From the NCBI GenBank assembly GCA_026785885.1, contig JAJAZC010000006.1, positions 463 through 64,462 of the forward strand: a stretch of DNA of 64,000 nucleotides. Reading direction: 5' to 3'. The stretch's first letter is position 1, and every line of letters starts with the position of its first letter. Source of the stretch: Rubrivivax sp. (GTDB taxonomy: Bacteria > Pseudomonadota > Gammaproteobacteria > Burkholderiales > Burkholderiaceae_C). Made by a program: the position numbers and the translations under genes. Below the pieces are notes generated by a model. It was not told the DNA's origin. It made no database searches and saw nothing but the letters and a program-made list of their open reading frames with translations. Below are positions 1-9,099 of this stretch, piece by piece.

Positions 1-1159
1 CGAACATCACGCGCAGCTGATCGCTCCAGACGGCACGCGGCTGGCCGGGTTCGCGCAGCCAGTGGCCGATGCCGGCGGCACGCGTCACGGTCTCGAAGCG
101 GCGTGTCATGTCGTCGGCACGGCGGCGCTGCTGCCGGCGCTCGGTGACGTCCAGCGCCACACCGAGAATCGCGGTGGCGCGGCCTTCGGCATCGCGCTGC
201 ACGACGCGGCGCAACAGCTGGGGCCGCCAGCTGCCATCGGCATGCCGGTAGCGGGCTTCATCGTCCACCGGCTGCCGGCTCGCCAGAGCCGCCTCGGCCG
301 ATGCCACTACGCCGGGCAGGTCGTCGGGGTGCATCAAGGCGCGCACTTCTTCGATGCCCAGGCCCTCGGGGCGCGGGGCCGGGCCCAGTCTGAGCCAGCC
401 CTGGCGGCTGTAGTGCATGCGGCTGGTCGTCAGATCGCGACCCCAGACCGAGATGCCGCCCAGGTCGAGCGCCAGCGCCAGTTGCGATTCCAGCTCGCTG
501 GATGAATGGGCCAGCGCAAAGGCTTCGCTGTCGTCGATGAGCAGCCCTTGCAGTTGCTCGGGCCGGCCATCGGCGCTGCGCTGCACGGTCCCGCGCAATT
601 CCAGCCGCTGCACGCGGCCGTCGGCGCGGCGGGCGCTAAAGCGCGCTGCGTGATGGCCGTAGCGGCCGATGGAAAGGCGCAGCCGCGCAGCCAGACCGGC
701 GCGATCCTCAATCAGCACCTGTAGCGGATCGGGTGCGCCCGGTTGGCTCGGTGCGTCCGGTGCGTCCGGTGCGCCGGATGCGCCGGATGCGCCGGGTGCG
801 TCTGGTGCGCCGATTGCGCTGATTGCGCTGATTGCGCTCAAGGCGCTGATTGCGCCCTGCGTGTCCGGTGCGCCCGAAACATTCGCGCCTTGCTGCGCCG
901 CCGGTGCGGGCGCAGCCGCCTCGGCAGAGCCACCGTCGAAGCCGCAGCACTGCAGCAGTTCGGCGTCGTCCAGGTTGCGCAGACCTTGCAGGTTGCGCTG
1001 CCACAGGCCGGCCCGGCCCGACGCCTGCATCAGTGCCAACCAGGGCGGCGTTTCGGTTGTCGGGTTGGTGTGCACTGCAGCAGGCAGCGCGAAAACGGAT
1101 CGCCGCGCAAGTGGTTGTCGAACGCACTCAGTATCGCCGCGGCCACCGCAGTCGATCAT
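1..1159 (-). CDS. Multi-PAS-domain sensor protein (probably histidine kinase or GGDEF/EAL), 5' part only; runs off the window
   Basis: Not in the ORF track. Manual minus-strand translation is open from ATG at 1159 (alternatives GTG ~1075, ATG 1030) to position 1: ...LALALDLGGISVWGRDLTTSRMHYS...MHPDDLPGV...EARYRHADGSWR...RDAEGRATAILGVALDVTERR...AAGIGHWLREPGQPRAVWSDQLRVMF, i.e. repeated PAS/PAC motifs. The output domain is not visible. Confidence 0.85.
   Translation of the reverse strand, partial: MIDCGGRGDTECVRQPLARRSVFALPAAVHTNPTTETPPWLALMQASGRAGLWQRNLQGLRNLDDAELLQCCGFDGGSAEAAAPAPAAQQGANVSGAPDTQGAISALSAISAISAIGAPDAPGASGASGAPDAPDAPSQPGAPDPLQVLIEDRAGLAARLRLSIGRYGHHAARFSARRADGRVQRLELRGTVQRSADGRPEQLQGLLIDDSEAFALAHSSSELESQLALALDLGGISVWGRDLTTSRMHYSRQGWLRLGPAPRPEGLGIEEVRALMHPDDLPGVVASAEAALASRQPVDDEARYRHADGSWRPQLLRRVVQRDAEGRATAILGVALDVTERRQQRRRADDMTRRFETVTRAAGIGHWLREPGQPRAVWSDQLRVMF
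749..858. repeat. Degenerate 9-bp tandem array (GGTGCGTCC/GATGCGCCG/GATTGCGCT) inside the PAS gene
   Basis: Direct reading; encodes AISALSAISAISAIGAPDAPGASGAPDAPDAP on the minus strand. Confidence 0.85.
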
Positions 1160-1242
1160 TGCCGGCGCGCCGTGTGTGGCCCGTGCACGCGGGGTGCGTC
1201 AACTCGTGCCCGCGGTGGCTGGTCGGCTTGATATTCGGCGCT

Positions 1243-1313
1243 ATACCTGGCGCCATATTTGGCGCGACACCTGGCGCAACACCTGGCGCAACACCTTGCA
1301 TGACACCCGGCGC
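1243..1313. repeat. Degenerate 12-bp tandem array (ACACCTGGCGCA), intergenic
   Basis: atacctggcgcc atatttggcgcg acacctggcgca acacctggcgca acaccttgcatg acacccggcgc. Confidence 0.8.
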
Positions 1314-1519
1314 TCTACCCAGCGTGGAAGCATGGTGAAGTCGGGCGCGATGCCGGCTGGCGGCAGCTGGCCGGACAAGGCGTGCATCGACTGCCATTCA
1401 CGGCCAGCACTGCGTTACGCTGGCTGCCTTGCCTCCATCCGAACCCGCGCCATGTTCAGCACCGCCGCAGCCGTCAGCCCGCCCGCAGCCCGTCTGGCTG
1501 GCCGCATCGGGCCACTGCA

Positions 1520-1783
1520 ATGAAGCTGTCACGCCTGTGGCAACCGCGCCGTCTGCTGTTCTGGCAGATGGTGATGTTCAACGTGCTGTCGTCGGTGTGC
1601 ACGTATGCCATGCGCGCCTACCCGCTGAATACCGGCGGCTTGCTACTGCTGGCTCTGGTGGCGCTGCTCAACGTGGGCTTCGGTCTGCTGGCGGCATGGG
1701 CCCTGGTGCGGGACCCGCCGCCGGGTCCAAAAGGCGCTCAGGCCGGCGGCTCTTCGGCCAGCACGGCCAGCACCTCGGAGTGA
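1520..1783 (+). CDS. Small hypothetical membrane protein (87 aa, two hydrophobic segments)
   Basis: MKLSRLWQPRRLLFWQMVMFNVLSSV...LLLLALVALLNVGFGLLAAWALV; GC3-rich codons. Confidence 0.6.
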   Translation: MKLSRLWQPRRLLFWQMVMFNVLSSVCTYAMRAYPLNTGGLLLLALVALLNVGFGLLAAWALVRDPPPGPKGAQAGGSSASTASTSE

Positions 1784-2454
1784 AATTCCCGCCGGTACAG
1801 CACGAAGGCGACGGCGGCGGTTGCAGCCATGAAGAACCACGGTGAAAAGAACCAGGCCAGAGCCGCAAAGGCAAAGTAGTAAGCGCGCAGGCCGTCGTTG
1901 AAGCTTTCTGCCGCCAGGCCCATGACACGGCCGGCGCGCTGCGCAAAGTGGTGGCGATGCGCTTCATCGGGCCAGGCCGATGGGTCCGGCGCGGCAGCCA
2001 AGATCAGCGCGCCGAAGGTGTATTGACGCAGGCTCCAGGTGAAGCGAAAAAAAGCGTAGACAAAGATCGCGGCCAGCATCACCAGCTTGACGTTAAACAC
2101 GATCACCGATGTCTGTGTGGCAAACGGAAACTCGCGCACCAGGTCGTTCGCGCGATCGGTGGCCGAAAGCACGGCCAGCAAGCCACCGATGATCAGGATC
2201 GTCGTCGACGCAAAAAAGCTCGGGCTGGTCGACATGTTCTGCACCACGACGCCGTCGACAACGCGGTTGTCGCGCCGGCTGGTTTGCAGCATCCAGCGCA
2301 TGCGCTCCCGGTTGGTCAGCGCCAAGACCGAAGGCCGCACGCCGGCCCGCTGCTGTGCCCATGTGGCATAACCAGCCCAGCCGGCAAAGAAGACCAGCAG
2401 CGCGGCCCAGTCTGCCACCGGAAGCAGCGGCAGCGCCTGCAAAAAGCTTGTCAT
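1738..2454 (-). CDS. DUF599-family membrane protein
   Basis: Motifs NRERMRWM, FFASTTILIIGG, FFRFTWSLRQY, FNDGLRAYYF; start at MTSFL. Confidence 0.85.
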   Translation of the reverse strand: MTSFLQALPLLPVADWAALLVFFAGWAGYATWAQQRAGVRPSVLALTNRERMRWMLQTSRRDNRVVDGVVVQNMSTSPSFFASTTILIIGGLLAVLSATDRANDLVREFPFATQTSVIVFNVKLVMLAAIFVYAFFRFTWSLRQYTFGALILAAAPDPSAWPDEAHRHHFAQRAGRVMGLAAESFNDGLRAYYFAFAALAWFFSPWFFMAATAAVAFVLYRREFHSEVLAVLAEEPPA

Positions 2455-2490
2455 AAGCGAGACTGTAGCCCGCACCGCACCGTGCTTGCC

Positions 2491-2526
2491 CTGAGCCTGA
2501 GCCTGGGCCTGAGCCTGAGCCTGAGC
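2491..2526. repeat. (CTGAGC)x6 hexamer array, intergenic
   Basis: ctgagc ctgagc ctgggc ctgagc ctgagc ctgagc. Confidence 0.85.
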
Positions 2527-2544
2527 GAGCGCAAGCGCAGCCGC

Positions 2545-3111
2545 TCAGCGTGCCAGGCGAGCCGTCGCTGCAGCTACGCGCTGACCGAAGGCCTTGGCGG
2601 TTGCGATGTCGCCCGGCACCATCTCATCGGGGCTGGCGTCGGACGGCGTGGCTGTCATCTGGCCGCCGAAGCCGCCGACGTTATTAATGTCGTCGCGCGT
2701 GCTCTTTTTGAGGTTGGCCGGCATCATTCCCGTGCCGACCCACAACGTGCCGTGCTGCTGGCTCAGCGTCCACTGGTACTGCAGCGTGCTGAACTTGTCG
2801 CCGTTGAGCGAGGCGCTGTTGGTAAAGCCGGCGGCCTGCTTGTCTTTCCAACCCATCGTGAACCAGACTTTGCTGGACGCATCGGCAAACTTCTTGAACT
2901 GCCAGCTCGGGCCGCCCATGTAGGTCGGCGAGTCCATCACGATGGTGTCGGCCGCCGCCAAGTGCTCCCATCCGCCCGTGCCGTCCACTGAGGGCAGGTT
3001 GCCTTCGGCGTCGATGGCCAGCAGCGTGCCGCCGCTGCCTGCGGCTACCGCTTGCGCGATCTTGGCGGTATCGCCGTAGCCGCTGTGAAAAACAATGACG
3101 ATCTTGCTCAT
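2545..3111 (-). CDS. Flavodoxin / WrbA-like NAD(P)H-dependent FMN reductase family protein
   Basis: IVIVFHSGYGxT loop, SPTYMG, FKKFADASSK, AAGFTNS, GDIATAKAFGQRVA. Confidence 0.85.
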   Translation of the reverse strand: MSKIVIVFHSGYGDTAKIAQAVAAGSGGTLLAIDAEGNLPSVDGTGGWEHLAAADTIVMDSPTYMGGPSWQFKKFADASSKVWFTMGWKDKQAAGFTNSASLNGDKFSTLQYQWTLSQQHGTLWVGTGMMPANLKKSTRDDINNVGGFGGQMTATPSDASPDEMVPGDIATAKAFGQRVAAATARLAR

Positions 3112-3185
3112 GGGGACACCTTGTGTGGGTTCGGGGGCGGGGTTGAGGGGCAGGGTGAGAACAGGCGGGCAGGACGGGGTTGCGA

Positions 3186-3908
3186 TCAGGGCTCGAGGTC
3201 GAACACAAGCACCTCGGCGTCTTGTCCACCTTCGAGCACCAACGTTGTTTCGCCTGCCAGGGTCAGCGCGTCGCCTGCGCTCAACTGGCGGTCGTTGACA
3301 CGCAGCTGGCCGCCCACCAGATGCACATAAGCCAGGCGTGTCGCATCCAGCGCCAACTGCGCGCGTTCGTCGCCGTTGAACAGGCCGGCGCGCAGCGATG
3401 CAGCGGCGTGGATGGTCACCGAGCCGTCACGGCCGTCGGGCGATGCCACCAACGCCAGCCGGCCGCGCTTGGCCGCAGCGTCGAAGTGCTTTTGCTCATA
3501 GCTGGGCGCGATGCCGCGCTGGTTCGGCAACAGCCAGATCTGTAGAAAGTGCGTGCTGCGGTCGCGTGCGTGGTTGGACTCGCTGTGCATCACGCCGGTG
3601 CCGGCGCTCATGCGTTGCAAGTCGCCCGGGACAATCACGCCGCTGTTGGCGCCGCCGGCTTGGCCGTTGCCCATGCTGTCCGTGTGCGCCAAGGCGCCGT
3701 CCAGCACATAGCTCAGTATTTCCATGTCGCGGTGGCCGTGCGTGCCGAAGCCGGTGCCGGGTGCAATGCGGTCTTCGTTGATGACGCGCAGGTTGCCCAC
3801 GCCCATGTGCGCCGGGTCGCGGTAGTCCGCAAAAGAAAAGCTGTGGAAACTATTCAGCCAGCCGTGGTCGGCATGGCCTCGTTCCGATGACTTGCGCAGC
3901 GTGATCAT
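3186..3908 (-). CDS. Pirin family protein (YhhW/YhaK-like)
   Basis: RGHADHGWLNSFHSFSFADY, GFGTHGHRDMEI, QRMSAGTGVMHSE, FLQIW; ATG at 3908. Confidence 0.93.
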   Translation of the reverse strand: MITLRKSSERGHADHGWLNSFHSFSFADYRDPAHMGVGNLRVINEDRIAPGTGFGTHGHRDMEILSYVLDGALAHTDSMGNGQAGGANSGVIVPGDLQRMSAGTGVMHSESNHARDRSTHFLQIWLLPNQRGIAPSYEQKHFDAAAKRGRLALVASPDGRDGSVTIHAAASLRAGLFNGDERAQLALDATRLAYVHLVGGQLRVNDRQLSAGDALTLAGETTLVLEGGQDAEVLVFDLEP

Positions 3909-3982
3909 GCGGTCCCTCCGTGATGAGCCTGCACTGTAGGCAACACCATGGACGGTGGGGCCGAGCACGGCTGACGATGCCG

Positions 3983-3997
3983 TTGAAATAACATGAA
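3983..3997. promoter_or_regulatory. Putative LysR box (TTGA-N7-TGAA) between divergent pirin and LysR genes
   Basis: AT-rich imperfect dyad ttgaaataacatgaa fitting T-N11-A in the divergent promoter. Confidence 0.4.
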
Positions 3998-4015
3998 GCT
4001 CTGCCGGGAGATCGC

Positions 4016-5062
4016 ATGAACGCCAACGACCGCCCGCTGGACCGCCCCGCTGATCGTTCGCCAGACCGTTTGTCAGACCGTTTGTCAGACCGCCGGCCGG
4101 AGCGGCGCCAGGCGCTGACGCCCGACGCACTGGCCATGATGGATGCCATCGCCCGCACCGGCAGCTTCGCGGCCGCCGCGCGTGAGTTAGGCAAGGTGCC
4201 ATCGGCCTTGACGTACAGCGTGCGCCAGCTCGAAGAAGCGCTGGACGCGTTGCTGTTCGACCGCAGCTCGCGGCAGGCGCAGCTCACCGCCGCCGGTACC
4301 GAGCTGCTCAATGAAGGCCGCCGCCTGCTGCAGGAGATGGACGCCGTGGCCAACCGCGTGCGGCGGGTGGCCAGCGGCTGGGAGACGCAGCTGTCGATCA
4401 GTGTCGAGGACATCCTGTCGGTGCCGACGGTGTTCGAGTTGGTCGAGGCCTTTTGCCAGGTCCGCGACGGCGCCGACGACACACCGGCCACGCGGCTACG
4501 GCTGCGCACCGACGTGCTGGCCGGCACCTGGGAGTCGCTGGTCACGGGGCAGGTCGATCTGGCCATCGGTGTCAGCGGTGAACACGCCAACTCGGGTGGC
4601 ATCGAGCTGCGACCATTGGGCGAGGTGGCTTTTGTTTACTGCGTCGCGCCGCACCACCCGCTGGCCGCCGTGGCCACGGCGCTGGAGGACGCGCAACTGG
4701 TGCACCACCGCGCCGTGGCGGTGGGCGATACGGCGCAGCGGCTGACACCCGTCACCGTCAATCTGCTGCCGGGGCAGGACGTGCTGACCGTGCCCAGCAT
4801 GCGCGCCAAGATGGAAGCGTTGCTGCGCGGGCTGGGTTGCGGCTACCTGCCCGAGCCGCTGGCACGCGCGCAGATTGCCGCTGGGCGCCTGGTGCGCAAG
4901 GACACGGCACGTGCCACACCGACCGCCCGCCTGCAGTACGCCTGGCGCGCCGAGCGCAGTGCATTGGGTCTGGGCCGTGCGTTGAGCTGGTGGCTGGCGC
5001 AGCTGGAGAGCAAGACCACGCGGCTGGCGTTGATGGAGCGCCACACCGGCCTGCTGCCTTGA
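4016..5062 (+). CDS. LysR-family transcriptional regulator (YhaJ-like), with N-terminal 12-bp repeat extension
   Basis: [35 protein letters not shown]; divergent from pirin. Confidence 0.92.
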   Translation: MNANDRPLDRPADRSPDRLSDRLSDRRPERRQALTPDALAMMDAIARTGSFAAAARELGKVPSALTYSVRQLEEALDALLFDRSSRQAQLTAAGTELLNEGRRLLQEMDAVANRVRRVASGWETQLSISVEDILSVPTVFELVEAFCQVRDGADDTPATRLRLRTDVLAGTWESLVTGQVDLAIGVSGEHANSGGIELRPLGEVAFVYCVAPHHPLAAVATALEDAQLVHHRAVAVGDTAQRLTPVTVNLLPGQDVLTVPSMRAKMEALLRGLGCGYLPEPLARAQIAAGRLVRKDTARATPTARLQYAWRAERSALGLGRALSWWLAQLESKTTRLALMERHTGLLP

Positions 5063-5102
5063 GCGGCTGCGGCAGCGCGCTCGACTTCGGCCGCTGCGCC
5101 GC

Positions 5103-6029
5103 ATGATGCAAAAGACGCCGTACCGCGGCCGCTTTGCGCCGTCACCCACCGGGCCGCTGCACGCGGGCTCGCTGGTCGCGGCGCTCGCCAGCTGGCTGGA
5201 TGCACGGGCGCACGGCGGAAGCTGGCTGCTGCGCATCGAGGACGTCGATACGCCGCGCTGTGTGCCGGGTGCCGATGCAGTCATCGTGCGGCAACTCGCC
5301 GCTTGCGGCTTGCTGGCTGATGAGCCGCCACTGTGGCAAAGCACGCGCGGTACGGCCTACGCCCAGGCGCTGAGTACCTTGCTGGACGGCGGGTTGGCCT
5401 ATCCGTGTGGCTGCACGCGCAAGGACATCGAAGCCGCTTGGGCCGCCCGCGGCAAGCTAAGGCCGCGCTTCGGCGAGCTGGTGTATCCCGGCACTTGCCG
5501 CTGCGGCTTGCGCGGCAAGCCGCAGCGGGCCGTGCGGCTGCGCGCCGACGCCGTCGTCGATTGGCATGACCGACGCTTGGGGCCACAACGGCAGGACGTG
5601 CAACGCGACGTCGGCGACTTCGTGCTACGCCGGGCCGACGGGCTGTGGGCCTACCAGCTGGCGGTGGTGGTGGACGACGCGGCACAAGGCATCACCGACG
5701 TCGTGCGCGGTGAAGATCTGGCCGACAACACCGCGCGTCAGATCGTGCTGCAGCAGGCGCTGGGTCTGCCACGGCCGCGCTACCTGCACACGCCGCTGGT
5801 GCGCGGTGCTGACGGCTACAAGCTCAGCAAACAGAACAGCGTTGCCGCGCTCGATCTGGCCGACCCGGTGGCCACCCTGCAGGCGGCTGCCGCCGTGCTG
5901 GGCCTGCCCAGGCTGCTTGCCACCAGTGCCTGCATCTGGTTGGCGCAAGCCGTGCCAGCGTGGGGCGAGCGCCGCAGCCCCATGACGCGCGGCGGCGCAG
6001 GCGGCGAAGGCGGCCCGAACGTGCGGTGA
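5103..6029 (+). CDS. gluQ: tRNA glutamyl-Q(34) synthetase GluQRS
   Basis: [53 protein letters not shown]; no anticodon-binding domain. Confidence 0.93.
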   Translation: MMQKTPYRGRFAPSPTGPLHAGSLVAALASWLDARAHGGSWLLRIEDVDTPRCVPGADAVIVRQLAACGLLADEPPLWQSTRGTAYAQALSTLLDGGLAYPCGCTRKDIEAAWAARGKLRPRFGELVYPGTCRCGLRGKPQRAVRLRADAVVDWHDRRLGPQRQDVQRDVGDFVLRRADGLWAYQLAVVVDDAAQGITDVVRGEDLADNTARQIVLQQALGLPRPRYLHTPLVRGADGYKLSKQNSVAALDLADPVATLQAAAAVLGLPRLLATSACIWLAQAVPAWGERRSPMTRGGAGGEGGPNVR

Positions 6030-6082
6030 CTTCGCCACCGCGCTGGCATCATTGCCGGCTTTTCGCAAAAGGAGATGAACGC

Positions 6083-6427
6083 ATGACCACTTTGCAATCC
6101 GAAGACAGCACGGTCGGCAGCGGCGCCGAAGCCCAAGCCGGCCAGCGCGTGAAGGTGCACTACACCGGCTGGCTCTACGACCCCACGGCGCCGAAGAACC
6201 GCGGCAAAAAGTTTGACAGCAGCAAAGACCGCGGGCAGCCCTTCAGCTTCAGTCTGGGCGGTGGCGAGGTGATCCGCGGGTGGGATGAAGGAGTGCAGGG
6301 CATGAAGGGCGGCGGCACGCGCGTGCTGACGATTCCGCCCGAGCTGGGCTACGGCGCGCGCGGCGCTGGCGGCGCAATTCCGCCGAACGCCATGCTGGTG
6401 TTCGAGGTGGAACTGTTGGGCGTCTGA
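6083..6427 (+). CDS. FKBP-type peptidyl-prolyl cis-trans isomerase
   Basis: VHYTGWL, FDSSKDRGQPF, VIRGWDEGV, IPPELGYG, IPPNAMLVFEVELL; GGAG RBS before ATG 6083. Confidence 0.95.
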   Translation: MTTLQSEDSTVGSGAEAQAGQRVKVHYTGWLYDPTAPKNRGKKFDSSKDRGQPFSFSLGGGEVIRGWDEGVQGMKGGGTRVLTIPPELGYGARGAGGAIPPNAMLVFEVELLGV

Positions 6428-6457
6428 TGACGGTCTGAGCCGCGCGCCGGCACCATG

Positions 6458-6480
6458 AAAAACGGCCCCGAGGGGCCGTT
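6458..6480 (-). terminator. Intrinsic terminator (distal) for DEAD-box helicase; possibly bidirectional
   Basis: aacggcccc-ga-ggggccgtt hairpin with adjacent A run (U tract on minus). Confidence 0.7.
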
Positions 6481-6513
6481 GTCGATTGCCTGGCACCTGC
6501 TGCCATGCGCTCG

Positions 6514-6537
6514 AAAAAACGGCCCTTGCGGACCGTT
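6514..6537 (-). terminator. Intrinsic terminator (proximal) for DEAD-box helicase
   Basis: Minus strand aacggtcc-gcaa-gggccgtt-tttt directly after the stop. Confidence 0.75.
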
Positions 6538-6542
6538 GATTC

Positions 6543-7934
6543 CTATCGCTCCGGCCGCGGACCCGGCTTCTTCGCGAAGCTCTTGCCGGCCGGCTTGAAC
6601 GGCTTGGCGCCGAAGGGCCGCGGGCCGAATTTGGCTGCCGGCTTTGCGCCCGGCCCGGCGCCGAAGTTGCCCGCTGGGCGCATGGCCGGCCGCGGCTCGA
6701 CCTGCTTGGGCTCCAGGCCAGTGATCGTGGCTGCCGGAATCTTCTGCGTCGTGAAACGCTGAATCCGCTGGATCATGCCGAAGTCACGCCGCTCGGCCAG
6801 CGTCACCGCCAGACCGGTGCGACCGGCGCGGCCGGTGCGGCCGATGCGGTGCACATAGTCCTCTTCCTTCATCGGCAGGCCGAAGTTGATGACGTGGCTG
6901 ATGGTGGGCACGTCGATGCCGCGCGCAGCCACATCAGTTGCCACCAGCACGCGAACACGCTGGTTGCGCAGGCTCTGCAGCACGCGGTTGCGGCGGCCCT
7001 GCGGCATACCGCCGTGCAGCGCTTCAACCGAGTGGCCCAACTCCGCCAGGCGCTCGGCCAGCACCTCGGCGTCACGCTGCGTGCTGGTGAAGACCAGCGC
7101 CTGTTCGACCTCGCGGCCGGTCAGGATGTGGTCCAGCAGCGCATTCTTGTGGCCGAAGTTGTCGGCCCAGTGCAGGCGTTGCTCGATGTCGGCGTGCGTG
7201 TCGGTGTGGTTGGCAACAGCAATGCGCTGCGGCTCGCGCAGCAGCTCGCGCGCCAGGTTGCCGGTGGCACCGCTGAAGGTGGCGCTGAACATCACGGTCT
7301 GGCGCTCTTTCGGCGTTGCTGCGGCGATGTGGTTGATGTCGTCGATGAAGCCCATGTCCAGCATGCGGTCGGCTTCGTCCAGCACCAGCATCTCGATGTT
7401 CTCGAGCACGGCTTTGCCCGCACCCAGGTGGTCGATCAGACGGCCAGGCGTGGCGATCAGGATGTCCAGCGGGCCGCGCAGCGCTTTCAACTGCGCCGGG
7501 TAAGGCACCCCGCCCACAACGGTGGCCACACGCAGGTTGGGCACGAAGCGGCCGTAGTCCATCGTGGCCTTGGCAACCTGCATCGCCAGCTCGCGCGTTG
7601 GGCACAGCACCAGCACGCGGGGGCCGGCCGGCTTGGCATACGGGCGGCGCTCGAAGCGCGGGGCCTGGCCGTCGATGGCCGGAGCCGGTGTCGGCTCGGG
7701 CCGCGGCGCGCGGGGCTGAGCGGCCTGCTGCTCGCGTGCTTTCAGCACCAACGTCAGCGCCGGCAGCACGAAGCTGGCAGTTTTGCCGCTGCCGGTGCGG
7801 CTGCTGACCATCAGGTCTTTCTTGGCCAACGCGGCGGGGATGGCCTCCGCCTGCACGGAGGTCGGCTCGGTGTAGCCGGCTGCGCTCAAGGCGCGGGTCA
7901 GGGTCTCGTTCAGGCCCAGGGTGTCGAAGCTCAT
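6543..7934 (-). CDS. DEAD-box ATP-dependent RNA helicase (RhlE-like)
   Basis: Q motif, TGSGKT, PTRELA, TPGRL, DEAD, SAT, HGGM, ARGID, HRIGRTGRAG; likely start MSFDTLGL at 7934. Confidence 0.96.
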   Translation of the reverse strand: MSFDTLGLNETLTRALSAAGYTEPTSVQAEAIPAALAKKDLMVSSRTGSGKTASFVLPALTLVLKAREQQAAQPRAPRPEPTPAPAIDGQAPRFERRPYAKPAGPRVLVLCPTRELAMQVAKATMDYGRFVPNLRVATVVGGVPYPAQLKALRGPLDILIATPGRLIDHLGAGKAVLENIEMLVLDEADRMLDMGFIDDINHIAAATPKERQTVMFSATFSGATGNLARELLREPQRIAVANHTDTHADIEQRLHWADNFGHKNALLDHILTGREVEQALVFTSTQRDAEVLAERLAELGHSVEALHGGMPQGRRNRVLQSLRNQRVRVLVATDVAARGIDVPTISHVINFGLPMKEEDYVHRIGRTGRAGRTGLAVTLAERRDFGMIQRIQRFTTQKIPAATITGLEPKQVEPRPAMRPAGNFGAGPGAKPAAKFGPRPFGAKPFKPAGKSFAKKPGPRPER

Positions 7935-8167
7935 GGAGTACGTCTCTCGGTTCTCGACACGCAAGCGTGCCGCGGAGCCCTTGTAGGGCTCCGAGGTGTA
8001 GTCGCTGGTGTTGTCCGGGTCGTGCGCGAGGCTGCGCTGGACATGCGACGGCATCGCCGCCGACCCGGAAAAGAGACACATGTCGAGCGAGTCGAAAGTG
8101 CCTTGGTCTTAAGACCGTGGGGCCGAAGGAGATGTACGGGCGACCTCCGTCAAGAGGTCAGCCAAAG

Positions 8168-8173
8168 AGTATA
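8168..8173 (-). promoter_or_regulatory. Putative sigma70 -10 box (TATACT) for the helicase
   Basis: Best AT-rich hexamer upstream; no clear -35. Confidence 0.45.
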
Positions 8174-8213
8174 GCCGGGCCGCGGGTAATTCCGCCGCCG
8201 CTCAGTTTGCCCG

Positions 8214-9089
8214 TCAGGCTGCGGCCGCAGCGGGTGCGCGCTCGATGCGGTGCTGCAGCGCCTCCCACACCGGCTGCAAGGTGCCGGGCAGGTCGGGCAG
8301 CGAGCCGAGCTCGACGCGGCTTTCTTCGGGCGAATGAAAGTCACTGCCGCGGCTGGCCAGCAGGCCGAATTCGCGTGCGGTTTCGGCGTACTTCACTTGC
8401 TCGCCGTGGCTGTGGCTGCCCGTCATGACCTCAACGGCCCGGCCGCCGTGGGCGATGAATTCGGTGAACAACGCGTACTCGGCGGTCGGCGAAAAACGGT
8501 AGCGCGCCGGGTGCGCGATCACCGCCACGCCGCCGGCCTGCGTTACCCAGCGCACCGCGTCGCCCAGCCGCGCCCACTCGTGCTGCACATAGCCCGGGTG
8601 ACCTGGCGTCAAATAGCGGCGGAACACCGAATGCGTGTCAGGGCACACGCCGGCGTCGACCAGGAACCGCGCGAAATGGGTGCGCGAGATCAGGTCGGGG
8701 TTGCCCACGTAACGCAGCGCGCCTTCGAAAGCACCCGCGATGCCGACCTTGGCCAGTCCGTCGGCCATTCGCTCGGCACGTTGCAAGCGGCCCGCGCGGG
8801 TAGCGGCCAAGCCGGCACGCAATTGCGTGTCGTTGTCGTCAAACCCCAGGCCGACGATGTGCACGGTTTCGCCAGCAAAGCTGACGCTGATCTCGGTGCC
8901 GGTCAGGTAGTCCATGCCCAGCGAATGCGCGGCCTGGCGTGCCCGCTGAATGCCGCCGATCTCATCGTGATCGGTCAGCGCCCACAGCGCCACGCCTTGC
9001 GCATGCGCGCGGGCTGCAATGTCTTCGGGGAGCAGCGTGCCGTCTGAGACGTTGCTGTGGCTGTGGAGGTCGGCGTTGATCAGGTGCAC
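8214..9089 (-). CDS. PHP-domain protein (3',5'-nucleoside bisphosphate phosphatase, YciV/TrpH-like)
   Basis: DLHSHSNVSDG, ALTDHD, GTEIS, HIVGL, AHPARY, GSDFH; GTG start 9089. Confidence 0.92.
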   Translation of the reverse strand: MHLINADLHSHSNVSDGTLLPEDIAARAHAQGVALWALTDHDEIGGIQRARQAAHSLGMDYLTGTEISVSFAGETVHIVGLGFDDNDTQLRAGLAATRAGRLQRAERMADGLAKVGIAGAFEGALRYVGNPDLISRTHFARFLVDAGVCPDTHSVFRRYLTPGHPGYVQHEWARLGDAVRWVTQAGGVAVIAHPARYRFSPTAEYALFTEFIAHGGRAVEVMTGSHSHGEQVKYAETAREFGLLASRGSDFHSPEESRVELGSLPDLPGTLQPVWEALQHRIERAPAAAAA

Positions 9090-9099
9090 GCACCGATTT

